Assembly (NCBI RefSeq): GCF_009834535.1
Contig: NC_045697.1
Coordinates: 86,058,001 to 86,122,000 of the forward strand
Source of the DNA: Camelus ferus
Lineage: Eukaryota
Reading direction: 5' to 3'
DNA: 64,000 bases
Shown: piece by piece, positions 1 to 12,961 of the stretch
Layout: each line of letters opens with the position of its first letter
Numbering within the stretch: the first letter of the stretch is position 1
Notes under the pieces: generated by a model
Told to the model about the DNA's origin: nothing
Databases searched by the model: none
Seen by the model: only the letters and a program-made list of their open reading frames with translations
Made by a program: the position numbers and the translations under genes

Positions 1-543
1 TTCTGATTACTCAAATTCTTATATGGTAAGATGCTAACTACTCAGATAATTAGTCAGATTATTTAATCTATAACTTTATTTTGCATAGACAAAGTAAGAA
101 AGGGAGAATTGAGAATTTATTTCATTGATTCAACCCCTCCCACCCAAAAAATCAACATCAAAGATCTACAGGTCAATTTTTAACTTTCCCTTGTATGTGA
201 CACAGACATCTAACAGCAATTTCCTAATGTCCCCAGAGTTTTAATTGTAGGATGTAATTTAATACCTCAGAGTAGCTGTAAAAATTACAAAGTACAATAT
301 TGTGCAGGTACTCTCTATGTACTGCATTAGTACTGTTACTATGCTAAAAGACCCTAGGTTAGTAGGTATAAGTAACAAAAAATAAGCATTTCCCAATCTC
401 CTAAATGGTTTAACCATTCACAATGTTTAAAACTTTGGCTATTAAAAAATTTTAACTCTACTGCATTTATTTTGAAACTATAGGCAAGATTGGAAACATG
501 AAATGCCATGCTAAAAATGGGATATTGCATATTTTTTACTCAC

Positions 544-700
544 CTAGTTCCAAGTTTCCACCCCTGCAAGTGAACCAAAAACAAACCCTGGCACCTTGTC
601 ATTCCCAGAAAAGCCAGTGCATGGCACACTCTGGGTAAATCTTCTCTCTTATTCTGTGGAATCACACCAGATGGCATCAGTCCCGCATCTACAGCTGTGC
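544..700 (-). other. SMIM43: Downstream (3' non-coding) exon of the SMIM43/TMEM155 transcript
   Basis: Minus-strand acceptor ttttaag| and donor AG|gtgagt. Conceptual translation GTAVDAGLMPSGVIPQNKREDLPRVCHALAFLGMTRCQGLFLVHLQGWKLGTR closely resembles the formerly annotated human TMEM155 ORF (recalled). Confidence 0.7.
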
Positions 701-833
701 CTTAAAATTGAAGTTTAGACATAGGAATCTACTTTATTAGACATTTTAGGTTTTACAGGTGTGATGGTGATGTCATTCTGATTCAACTTAAAATGGTTCT
801 CTTTCCAGGTAGATCTGTAGACTCAGCACTTAC

Positions 834-901
834 AAGTTTGGAAATCAGTAAAACAATCAAGGTTATCCTAATAAGATTTGAAGTCACTTTAAACTGCTGA
901 A
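834..901 (-). other. SMIM43: Downstream exon of the SMIM43/TMEM155 transcript (acceptor position uncertain)
   Basis: Donor CTT|gtaagt at 833. 887..834 reads VTSNLIRITLIVLLISKL, resembling the recalled human TMEM155 N-terminus. Candidate acceptor tttctaaag| at 902. Confidence 0.55.
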
Positions 902-1249
902 CTTTAGAAACAACAATGAAATAAGAACAGTTGAAACAGAATACTAATATTACATAATAATCAAATTACGACCCATTTCCTTATAATGTAAGAAATTCAA
1001 CTCAGCTTCTAAGATTGCTGAAGAGTCACTAAAAACCTTTTATTGAAAATAAAATAATAATAGCAATGTTCTATAATCAAGTTACACATATAATGAGCAG
1101 TTCTTTTAAATATTCCTGATTTTTCAAGGGTTTTAATGTCTAGCTCATATGTACACTGTCTTCCAAAATAAACTTGGTATGGTGGTTGCCAGGCCCGTGG
1201 TGTGGTCAGTGGATGCAGCAGCCAACATGTACAAGCCTGAAACCCTGAT

Positions 1250-1457
1250 CGTTTGCAGATACTAACCACTATATATAAAATAGATAAACAAGTTCATACT
1301 GTAGTGCACAGGGAACTATATTCACTATCTTGTAGTAACTTATGGTGAAAAAGAGTATGAAAACAAATATATATATATATATATATGTTCATGTATGATT
1401 GAAGCATTATGCTGTACACCATAAACTGACACAACATTGTAAACTGACTACACTTCA

Positions 1458-1519
<62 letters not shown>

Positions 1520-1520
1520 C
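1250..1520 (+). mobile_element. L1 3' end fragment (cetartiodactyl-type) with (TA)n tail
   Basis: Typical L1 3'UTR text (gcacagggaactatattca...ctgtacacc...ttgtaaactgactacacttcaataaa) followed by a TA microsatellite at about 1462-1515. Confidence 0.75.
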
Positions 1521-1544
1521 AAAAAAAGAATGTGTACAAGTGGC

Positions 1545-1811
1545 ATAGTAAACAATCTTATGGTTATTGGGGGAAAGGAAGTGGGAAAGGATAAATTTGG
1601 GAGTTTGAAATTTGCAAATGTTAGCCACTATATATAAAAACAGATTTAAAAACCAAATTTCTTCTGTATAGCATAGGGAACCATATTCAGTATCTTATAA
1701 AAATTAATGAAAAAGAATATAAAAATGAATATATGGGTATGTATATACATGACTGGGACATTGTTCTCTGTATACAGAAAATGATACATTGTAACTGATT
1801 ATACTTCAGTT
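1545..1811 (+). mobile_element. Second L1 3' end fragment, TSD-flanked
   Basis: Same 3'UTR motifs. aaaaaaagaatgtgtacaagt is repeated at 1521-1541 and 1812-1832. Confidence 0.75.
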
Positions 1812-2364
1812 AAAAAAAGAATGTGTACAAGTAGCAAAAAATGTAAGTAATGTGAGTTCAAAAGTAGTTCTAATGTGGGAGATGGGTCTATGCTGGGTTT
1901 TGAAAAATGATGATTGAATAAATGAATAAAACAAGGCAGCTTATATGCAAGTATCCAAGTTTCAAAAGCAAGATCTCTAACAAAGAAATGCAAAGCAGGA
2001 GATCAAAAGCATCAAGTTCTGATAGCAAATGTGAGAACCCTTCATTCTCACAGTTTAGGGCCAAGTTCCAGGAGGAAATTGGGTAATAGGAATAAATATT
2101 CATTTTTGCCTGGATAAATGGGAACTTAGTAATGAATGAATTAGATTCCGGGGAGGTTATAAAATGGCACCGGCCACAAGATAGAAAGGCAACCACTCTG
2201 TTCGTAGGAAACTGAGTCAGTAGAACCAGCAAAGAGTTTGGCTTAACAGTGGGATGGCAGCAAACTACTCACCTTGCGTTCTCTATAGTTTCCTGTCTGG
2301 AAGAGTCAGAGTGGTTTAAACCTTTGTACACCAGTGGTACTGCTAGGAAGAATAAAGGATTACA

Positions 2365-2640
2365 AAGACATAGAAAACAAATTTATGGTTACCAGGGGCC
2401 AAGGTGGGTGGGGATAAATTGGGATTTCGGGATGAGCAGATACAAAGTACTATATACAAAATAGATAAACAACAAGGTCCTACTGTATAGCACAGGGAAA
2501 TATATTCAATACCTTGTAATACCTATTACAAAAAAGAATATGAAAAAGAATATGTATGTATGTATAACTTAATCACTATGATGTATACCAGAAACTAACA
2601 CAATATTGTAAATCAACTAAACTTCACTAAAAAAATAAAA
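2365..2640 (+). mobile_element. L1 3' end fragment
   Basis: agacatagaaaacaaatttatggttacc...gcacagggaaatatattcaatacc...aataaaa matches the L1 3'UTR pattern. Confidence 0.7.
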
Positions 2641-2772
2641 GGGGGGGTAGGGTATAGCTCAGTGGTAGAGTGCACACTTAGCATGCACAAGGTCCTGGGT
2701 TCAATCCCCAGAACCTCCATTAAAAAAGGAAAAAACCTCACTACCTTGATGATCTAACTTCAAAAAAGAAAA
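2641..2772 (+). mobile_element. tRNA-derived SINE (camelid Vic-1-like)
   Basis: ggggtagggtatagctcagtggtagag (A box)...ggtcctgggttcaatcccc (B box) and an A-rich tail. Near-identical copies occur elsewhere in the window. Confidence 0.8.
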
Positions 2773-4599
2773 TCAAGTCAAGCAGGTTATGGTTATAATA
2801 ATTTACATTCTGATTATTTATAAAGTATGAAGTGATTATTTTCCAGCCTTGTAAACAATTATTATTGCTTATTAATTATTCCCACACCCATCTTCGAAGT
2901 CCATATTAATCATACAACTGTGTAGCTAAATGCCACTGCAGACATGATAACCAATTAGAGAGCTATTGTTCACAGTACGATATAAAAGCACTGCAGTTGA
3001 TTCAGAGATTCAAACTGGGAATTCAAATCAAGTCTTACTATACCTCGATAAAGAGAGGTGTGTGTGTGTGTATATATATATGTATATATGTACATATGAG
3101 AATTTGCTCATGACATTATATTTAAAATAAACCACTTACTTCATTAACAACAGTTCTATTCTAGTAGAGCAAAATAGAAAATGTGGGAAATTATCTGAAC
3201 GTCTCAGGCCAAAACTTTCCCCATAATTATTCACCTAAATGAGACTATTTTTTCCTTCCCTTGAATTATTAAAATAATCATCTTTCATTTCACTTTCATA
3301 TTATCAACTTAGGCAAAACTTAGTATTTTGTTATTTTTAGCCCTTCTACATGGTCTTCCTTTGTGCCTAAAGTTAGTAAATATTTTCAGTGTTACAGTCA
3401 TCACATGGACAGCTTATCCTACCATAAACATGACTGAAGCTAAATCTTCCCTTATTGAAGACAAGTTATGTCTGCATTCCATATTCCAACTTCAAGAACC
3501 CCTGCGCTGGTTTCCAAAATAACAGAGTATTTATTAAAATTGCAGTCACTCCTCACATCCCATTTTAATTAAAAGATTATGACCCTCCACTTAGACACTG
3601 ACTCTTGGACTGAATTAGGAAAGCCATGTCTCCTAGGTTCCAGGAGAAGCTCGTCAAAGCTCGTCAGTTCTGAGTGGAAGAGTGCCCTTTATTTCATTGT
3701 ACCCATTTCCTCCATCCTAACCTCTCACTGTTTTAGGTCCTGGGTCTTGAGAAATTTACCTAGGGACAAAGTGAAACCAAGGGTGGCCCCTGCTTACCAT
3801 CGCAGAAAACTTCCATCTCCGGTTGTTCCAGCCCCTCCGTGCAGGGTTCCCCGTTACCAGCCTGTAACTGAAGCTGCGGCCCTCCGCGCACCAGTCCGAT
3901 GCGGTGCTCCAGGACTTGTGATGGCGTAAATCGAGGAAAAAGCATCTGGAAGATGAAGTTGTTATTTGCTGGGAGGGTACTTAGGGCACACTGGTGACAA
4001 CTTTACTCCTGCCCGTCAATCTTCCACCAACATTCTAATCACGTAGGACAGGCAGCCTTGCTGAAATGACAGCTTCGCTCTTCCTGTCCTTTTCCTGTTG
4101 CCCTGCAACGTGTAAACTGCCTTTTTTCTCCAGCCCTCCATAGCAACCCCGAGGACTCTTCCAGTGACTCCCACTCTAACGCTCATCCTCCTGCTGCTCC
4201 AGATTACAAGCCTACCCGCCACAGCAATGCGCAGGCACCTACCAGGCCGGCGTCTACAACAGCAGTAAGGATCAAGGGGGAAGAAGAGATTCCTCATAAA
4301 ATCTGGGCTGCTGAATCCTGTCTCCCTGGCACTGCCAACTGAACCCCATTTAGCGTCTATCAAAGCACAATGATACTTAAAGTATTTGGAATACTTCAAG
4401 TGCAGCCTGTTTCCTCCCGCCTCCTTTCCCAAAGGTTAGGCTGACATTCAATTTTGTTTGTAAGTAGCTGGACTGAATTGTCTTCCCCTTGGGTTCAAGT
4501 TTTCTTCCCCTTGGGTTCAAGATAAAATGCAGCTAGACTGGGAAGAAGAGCTTGCAGGTGCTCAAAGCCATTTCGGCTCCAAGAGCTTAACTTTTCTCT

Positions 4600-5410
<811 letters not shown>

Positions 5411-5914
5411 AGGAGATGGCTGGGGCTGGTTATTTTGCAAATGATCTTAATATTCCCAACCCTAACATACAATGAGGTCTCTAGCCCCTCCCTTCTTAAT
5501 AAATTTATTTCATTGTTTTTCCCTGTCCAAGCTTTCCCAAAGGGCAGAAGATACCATAGCCCAGAGACCAAATGTATTAAAGGTGACAGTGAAGGTGGTC
5601 TAAAGAGCTGTGAGATGACTTAAGGGTGCCCGAGTGAACGCCAGTTCAAGCTGCCTTGCTCTTCAGAGTCGCAGATGCACTCAATATAGACTGCACTTTG
5701 CTGTGGACAAGTCATTCATAAAAGCATTAAAGAGAAAACGCATTTCAACTGTTACATTGTACAAAGTCTTCCAATGTTGACCTAGAATACAGTTTCTTTG
5801 GTGGAAAGCAAAAACAAAACCACACAACAACAAAGTGCTCCTTTAAGCCCGTAAGGCCTCTCTGTATCTGACTAAGATCACCCACAGCCCATATGGTACA
5901 GCTTTGAAAGAAAT

Positions 5915-6497
5915 CCAGTTTATCTGTTGCTGTGTAACAAACTACCCCAAAGCTTCACGGCTTAAAACAACATAAACATTGGTAAACATAAACATACCCC
6001 TCACAGTTTCTGTGGGTCAAGAATTTGGGAGCATTTAGATGGGTGACTTTGACTTTGGGTTTCTTGCAAGTTTGCAGTCAGGTTCACCAGTGTGGCAGTC
6101 ACCTGAAGGATTGTCTGGAGCTGGAGAATCCGGCTCCAAAGTGGCTCACTTACATGGCTTCTAAGTAATGCTGGCTATTGGTAGGAGGCCTCAGTTCCTT
6201 ACAATGTGGGCTTCTCCACAGGGCTGCTTGGCTGCACAACCCTCTGCTGACTTCCCCTTGAGCACCAGAGCTGAGAGCTGAGAGCATGTCCCCCAGCAAT
6301 CCAAGAGAACAAGGCAGAAACTGCAGCTCCAATTACGGCTGGCTTCAGAAGTCATATACCTTCATTTCTGCGGTATCCTACTGCAGAAAGACTTCTGCAG
6401 GTCACACAGGTAGGTCAGCCCTATTCGATGTAGGAGTCCAAGGACATGAACACCAGGGGTAAGGCTCATTGGTGGCCATCTTGGAGTCTGGCTACCA
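5915..6497 (-). mobile_element. MaLR (MLT1-type) solo LTR
   Basis: ttgctgtgtaacaaactaccccaaa...ggcttaaaacaaca...cacagtttctgtgggtcaagaatttggg...ggccatcttggagtctggctacca is a typical MLT1 signature. Confidence 0.7.
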
Positions 6498-7021
6498 GAG
6501 CTGCTAACACAATAGGTTATCATTGTCCACTCCATGAGCCTCCAACTTTATCGCATTCTTTGTGAAGATACAGGAAAGGGCCCTGGGCTGAATTCAGGGA
6601 ATAAGGCCTGATGTAAACACCCCAAATTATTTAATGGGCTTCCTATAATAACTCTTCCAGTGATAGCAGGGGGTTCAAAGAAACAGGATGGAAAAAAAGC
6701 TGTGACCTAATTCTGGTCTCAGGAACACATGTCAGTGGTTGCTTCAGCTCTCTGACTCTCAGTCCCTTCACCTGTAACACACCTTGCTCACTGTTTCCTT
6801 GGCTTTGTTGTGAGGAACAAAAACAAGTGGGATGTTGAGTAAGAATGCATTTTACTAAACACTATTATTATTCTGTTACTGAGAGCCCCCAATGTTATAG
6901 CCTGCTGTACCAAATTCCCAGGTTCCTAGGCCTCTCCACCAAGTATCTTACAGTGTAAGGAATTTCTTGATCTCTCAAACTCTCTCTCTCTCTCAATAAC
7001 ATTGTTAATCTACCTCATTGG

Positions 7022-7401
7022 CAGTGGTATGCTGGAACTGGCTCATAAACTTTTTTCTCAAAAATTTTGCAAGCCATTTGCTAAAATTCAGCTATGATTA
7101 AAAATTAAATCATATAAACTTACAATTAAATAAATTATGTTAACCACAAAGGTAATAAATACTCGAAACTCATACTCAAGCTTCCTAATTATTTTACTAC
7201 ATTTTACTGTTATCTATGCACTTGAGATTATTTGCATGTTGTAGCTGTATAGCTGAAGTATTATTTAACAGTATTTTACTGCTGTGCTTAGATGTCATGT
7301 AGGTAGCTTGAAATTGGCCACAGTGGACGTATTTGCCCTGTGGAAATGTACAGATGCCACAAATCAGGGCCAGAGAGCCAGTTGTTATGAGCACAGCACT
7401 G
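7022..7401. mobile_element. hAT DNA transposon relic (MER63-like)
   Basis: cagtggtatgctgg...cagcactg termini and an AT-rich body resembling MER63 (recalled). Confidence 0.55.
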
Positions 7402-8039
7402 CTCATGGAGTTAATAAGGAAATTTTGAAGTCTCATACAGGTAAAGCAGGATCTGTGATTTTTTTTTTTTTGACCTCCCAGAATCCACACATCTCCACTC
7501 AAAGCATCACATATTCCAACTGGTAGAATTCTCCATTTTATGCCATCTTGGCAAAAGGACAGATCCCAGTGACTACTTTCCACTGCCACCTCCCATTATG
7601 GAAACCAAGAGGGTCAGATACGTCTTTTACCCACTCCTGATACAATGCAAGGAGGAAAGCAGGAACAGCCATGCCAGAAACTCACCCAAATATCCTTGAT
7701 TCTGGGACTCTGAAGCATGGAAGTGGATGGAACAGGAGAGAATGGAAGTCAGATGCATCTGTGTGCAGAGGCGCTTCCAGGCCAGACCAGTCCTGGGAGT
7801 GCTGGGCGTGGCTCTTGCTGCCTGCTCCCATGGCATCCTAGACTCTTGCCCTTTTTCTAAACTTGGCCTTCCTGCCTCTTTTCTATTCTATGAACTTCCA
7901 CTGGTTTTCCAGTTAATCTCCTTACTGCAGCGGAGTATAGTGCTTAATGGCAACTTGCTTACGGATGAGAATACTGACTGATAAAGAAAGCATTACTTAC
8001 ACACTTTGCATATGTTAAGTGCTCATAATCAACAAGGTT

Positions 8040-8230
8040 TGGTCAAAAAGGCATATCCCATTTGGCACATTGCCATCCAGATATCCAAGCCATCAAAGGA
8101 TGGACACTGAAGCACAGAGAGGTTAAGTGACATGCTCAAGGCCACACAGCTAGCAAGCAGCAGAACTGGAATATGAGCCCAGGGAGTTTGGCTCCAGAGC
8201 CTGCATTCTCAATACCCATGGCACACTGCT
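8040..8230 (-). mobile_element. MIR SINE
   Basis: Core actgaagcacagagaggttaagtgacatgctcaaggccacacagctag. Confidence 0.7.
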
Positions 8231-9252
8231 TCAGGGGGAAAAGTGCCCTTTTCTTGTGCATAACTGTCAAATTAAAGGCTTTTTTTTTTCTTCTTTCGAG
8301 TGTCAAATGTAAAAGAAACAAATTTTAAGTGACACTTCTGCTTACGTACATCTCAGCTCCTTCCTTTGAAATCTTGACGGTCAAAGCTTCAAATGAGCCA
8401 GGGTTTGCCTGCAAAATACTGGGGAAAGAGGCCAAGAAATGAGGGTTTTGTGTCACCAAGCCCAAACCCATTTCAGCCTTCCCAAGAATAGCTATTTAGA
8501 TTATCCATTTCTCTGAGCAGCTTAAACATATTTATAAATATTAACTAGTAAATCCTCATATTCAGTCTCAATAAAATTTGTATTTAAAATAATATTGCTG
8601 CCACAAAAATAACTTGTTACATTTATTAGATGCTCCCAATGCTTTTTAGCCTCTGGTCATATTTATATATTTCATATGATGGTCTGAATTTCAGTTTATA
8701 TTATTATAAATAACTCCATGGAAATAACACAGTTTTCTCTGCCTAAATATGCTTATTAATGGAAACCCCCAGAAAGAAAATCTAAGAATTTTAAGAAGCA
8801 GAAAAGATATTCACTGCAGATAAGAGCTTGGCTGGTTCTAGCATCTAAAAAGAAGGTCCTGGTGTACTAATTGCCAAGGTGGAGGGAGGCTGTGTCACTA
8901 CAATGCCATACCACTGCCCACAGAATGGGCCCCACGCCGCATATGCTTTCATTAACACAATAAGCCTCATAGGCAGGCTTTCAACTCCTCAATCCTGTCC
9001 TCACGAGGTCCTCACGAGTCTCAAAGCCACTGCTCCAGGTCCTGGTCTGTGGATATCTATGGTATGTAGCAGGATAGGGTTCTCCAGTCCTTTCCCTGCT
9101 TTGTTCCTCCACACCCTCACCTCCAAAAGGGAGGGGTTCTTTTATCCTAACAAGCATCAAAGGTATTTATAAGAAGTGATTAATAGTAGCAGTAGAAGTG
9201 TTTGTCTTGTAAATGTGCCTCTTTAAAGAGTCTAAAGACCTAAGACACCTAC

Positions 9253-9453
9253 GGGGAGGGGGAAGATATAACTCAGTGGTAGATCATGTGCTTAGCATGC
9301 ATAAGGTCCTGGGTTCAATCCCCAGTACCTCCATTTAAAAAAGAAAAAAAAGAAAAAAATTTTAAAAAATAAAGAAAGAAGAAGAAAAGGAAACAAAACA
9401 AAACAAAACAAAAAAACAAAAACGAAAGGGAAACAAAACAAAACAAGAGAAAA
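9253..9453 (+). mobile_element. tRNA-derived SINE (Vic-1-like) with long A-rich tail
   Basis: A and B boxes. aagacacc direct repeat at 9242-9249 and 9454-9461. Confidence 0.8.
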
Positions 9454-11799
9454 AAGACACCCAGGAAGGGCTGTCAAAATTTACTGTCAGGATCTCAGGA
9501 TGGAACTTACTTGGACTTACCTGTTGGGGGTACTTGCAGGATGGAAAAGAGATGGCCAGGTACCTTTCTAAGGCTGACTCAGTTAGGCCTGAAATGAACC
9601 CAAAAGAAATAGAGAAAATATTTTGTACCATGCTCTAGCCTCAAAATGTGTTGTTAACCATGCTTAGTAACACTGGGTTCTTAAGTAACTGTATACCTTT
9701 CCAGACACTGCGGACCATAAAAATTGGGTTACAAGTTTCTGTGTAGATGGGGTGTCTTTTAAAGCATGTGCTGGGAATGAGATTTATACACTGTTAAAGT
9801 TTACAGGCCCTAAGAAGCTCTCTCCTAACCAGTCAGGTTCTGAATCAGTCCCAGTGATCCCAGCAACCCTTAATCACCCCAAAATATCCCCACTATACTA
9901 TCGACCTTCCTCTGACACAACTGTCTCCCTTGCTCCTGCTCCATATACAAGTGGTAGGTAGCACCGTATTCATTTCTAGGAGATACAAATTGGGCTTCCT
10001 TGGAATTTCCCCTTACTTATACACTTTATGACCCCTACAACCCTCAAGAACAGCACAGAAAAATCTGAGAATGTTCACTGTATTAGGAGATAAAAGTGAG
10101 TTGTTTTATCTCAGGGAGTCATCTAAAGTTAATCAGCAATTATTGCAGCATTCCAACAATAGGATTTGTTCCCACACGCTCATTTCTCTCCCCAATCTAT
10201 CCCCCAAAAGTGACTTAGGCAATTATGCAACGTTTACGACTTGAGATACCCTTCAGAAAATAAGCAAAATGTATGTGGTAAGCTGCTTAAATCTGATGTG
10301 TACATTTAGAAATTCCAGTGAGTTGGAAGTAGGGAAGGAAGGAAGGAAAGAACGGCAGAAGGGAGGAAGGGAAATCTAAGGAAGAAATTCATTCAGGGGT
10401 GTGTAGGAGATCATCCTATGTGGGTAGCCTTTGAAATCCAGAATTCACCACTAAGAACAATTCTACAGAAAAAAGAACAATGACAACTCTAGACCCTTAG
10501 TTTAGAATGTCTTAAAACACAACAGAAGATACCCAAGTCTGTTCAATATTTTAAAAGAAAAATATTAAGTGACAGATGTGGTAACGGCCAAATATTTTTT
10601 CTTTAATTTAGACTCTTTCCAGTAAGTTAGCAGGAACATTGGAGAAAGTTGATGTGACTGTGGCTGACCCTAGACTTGATCAATTCTATGTCATGCAGCA
10701 AAATAAAAAGTCTGAAGATTATATAGAGCAACGTATCCTTTGTTCAGCACAACTTTAATAATGACAGCAGGAAACTGTCACCACTAATGGAAGGTCTGCC
10801 AGCTTCCATAAGAGCTGATAATGATCAGAGCTGTGGGTTTGCAGATACACACACACATACACATGAGATAAAACTGGACTGCCCCAGGGGAAAGAGGAAT
10901 TAGAAAACAGTAGAATTTGTTGTAACGCATACTCCCTTAGTGAAATGCTGGCTTGTGAGCTCTAATGACCCAACAACCAGAGTCTGCACTCTTGGATCTG
11001 GGGATCCAAGTCATTCTCCAGGCATATACATGCACACACTGTAGTTCAGACTGGCAATGAACAGACTTGGGTCCCAGTCTGGTACACTCTACCCTATACT
11101 GTACTGTATAGTGCTGTTAGTGTTTCCAGTCCTATCGACTTGGACATGTATCCTGGCTTAGTTTCTTGCTTAGTTTCTTGCTACCCTGGACACCTTTGGT
11201 TGCCCTCCAAGCACCTCTTCCCTCCTTTTTCCTTATTAATAGAATCCTGACTCTTGTCAAGTATCTGCCTCTTTCCCGTGCATCCCTTGTGACTTAGAGG
11301 AAACTCTTTTGGGGAAGTGGCTCCCCATTGGTCTAAAGCCATTCAGGGAACATGACTAATTTGGGGGGGGGGCAGAAGGGGGCATATGATCTAAATTGAC
11401 CTAACCTAATTGAAAAAATAGATTATTAGTCAGTGTCCAAAAGAGAAAACAAAACCACTATAGGTGTTTAAAATACAGAAATTTAATGCTGGGAATTGGT
11501 TACAAGGCTATTGAATGGGTAGGAGGAAAAAGAAGGTAAGTATCACAAGATTGTAGCCACATGGGCTAGAAAAAGCCAAAGGGCAAATAGAATTACATAG
11601 AGCCTGTGATCACTGCTGCCCAGAGCCCGTGATCCCTGTTGCCATAATTTATATCCAAGACTTCTCTTGGAAGACGCAAGCCTTCAAACAGACTCCCTAC
11701 TTCCATAATATTTTATTAGATTCTGCTAGTGAAATTGTTGCCTAGGTGGGGAGATAAGATTCCTAGTGCTTTCTAATCTATCATCTTTCTCAGAATCCT

Positions 11800-12184
11800 T
11801 CTTTTTATTTTTAATTGTGGTAAAATACACATGAGATAAAATTTACCATCTTAACCAGTTAAGTATACAGTTTAGTGGTATTAAATACATTCATAATGTT
11901 GTGCAGCCATCACCACTGTCCATCTTCAGAACTCTGTCATCCTGGAAAACTAAAACTCGGTACCCATTAAAAAGTAACTCTCCATTTCCCCCTCACCCAG
12001 CCCTGGAAACCACCATTCTACTTTGAATCTCTACAAATGTGACTGCTCTAGGTACCTTATATATGGGGAATCATACAGTGTTTGTCCTTGTATGACTGGC
12101 TTATTTCACTTACCATGATGTCCACAAGGCTCATCCCTATTGTTACATATGTCAGAATTTCCTTCCCAAAGCTGAACAGCATTT
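11800..12184 (-). mobile_element. Old L1M (L1MA/MB-like) 3' fragment, interrupted by an MLT2 LTR
   Basis: ttttaattgtggtaaaatacac...tggcttatttcactta pattern. It resumes as tattccactgtatgtatgtaccac at about 12677-12700. Confidence 0.7.
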
Positions 12185-12677
12185 TGTAAAGGTTAATTTC
12201 ATGTGTCAACTTGACCAGACCACAGGGTGTCCAGACATTTGGTCCAACACTATCCTGGGTGTCTCTGTGAGGGTGTTTCTGGATGGGATTAACATTTGAA
12301 TCAGTAGACAGAAAAGCAGGTTGCCCTCCCCTGTGTGGGTGGGACCTATCCAATCAGCTGAAAGACTGAAAAAAGGCTGACCCTCCCATGAGTAGGAGAC
12401 CTGGTTGCCTTCAAGTTGGTACTTGGTTTTTAACCACTGCCTTCAGACTTGAACTGAAACACTGGCACTCCTTGCTTCTTGAGCTACTGTTTTTCAAACT
12501 GGAATTGCACCATCAGCTCTTCTGGGTCTCCAGCTTGCCAATGGCAGACCTTGGAGCATCTCGGCTTTCATAATTATGTGGGCCAATTCATTATAATAAA
12601 TCATATCTATTTCTGTGTCTCTAGCTCACTAGATCTCCCATTTGCTCTGCTTCTCTGGAGATCCTTGACGAATATGT
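12185..12677 (+). mobile_element. ERVL MLT2-type solo LTR
   Basis: Starts ggttaatttcatgtgtcaacttgac...gattaacatttgaatcagtagac; AATAAA near 12595; ends ctctggagatccttgacgaata. Confidence 0.75.
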
Positions 12678-12961
12678 ATTCCACTGTATGTATGTACCAC
12701 TCTTAGAGCTATCCTTCACTTTGAGTAAAACAGGAGCTTTACCATATGATCTAGAACATTAAAACCATCTACTTTGGCTATAAGTTACAGGGAGGGATCA
12801 CATATCCCTCCTGAAGAATATGTCCTGAGAAGTTTGAATAGTCTTATTACAGAAAGTCACACTACTATTTAGTATATGTGAAAAGGTTTTCTGTATTAAG
12901 AGAGGCCAATTCCACAGTCATTGAGCTATGTATGGGCTTGGTATTATTGTCTCTGTGATAC

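Noticed and set aside
2641..2720. tRNA gene-like sequences (also at 9253, 22790 and 54046)
   Set aside because: Multiple diverged copies with A-rich tails, most with TSDs, indicate tRNA-derived SINEs and not tRNA genes.
4481..4521. 19-bp direct repeat tcttccccttgggttcaag with a 22-bp period
   Set aside because: A simple local tandem duplication with no inserted element or functional cue.
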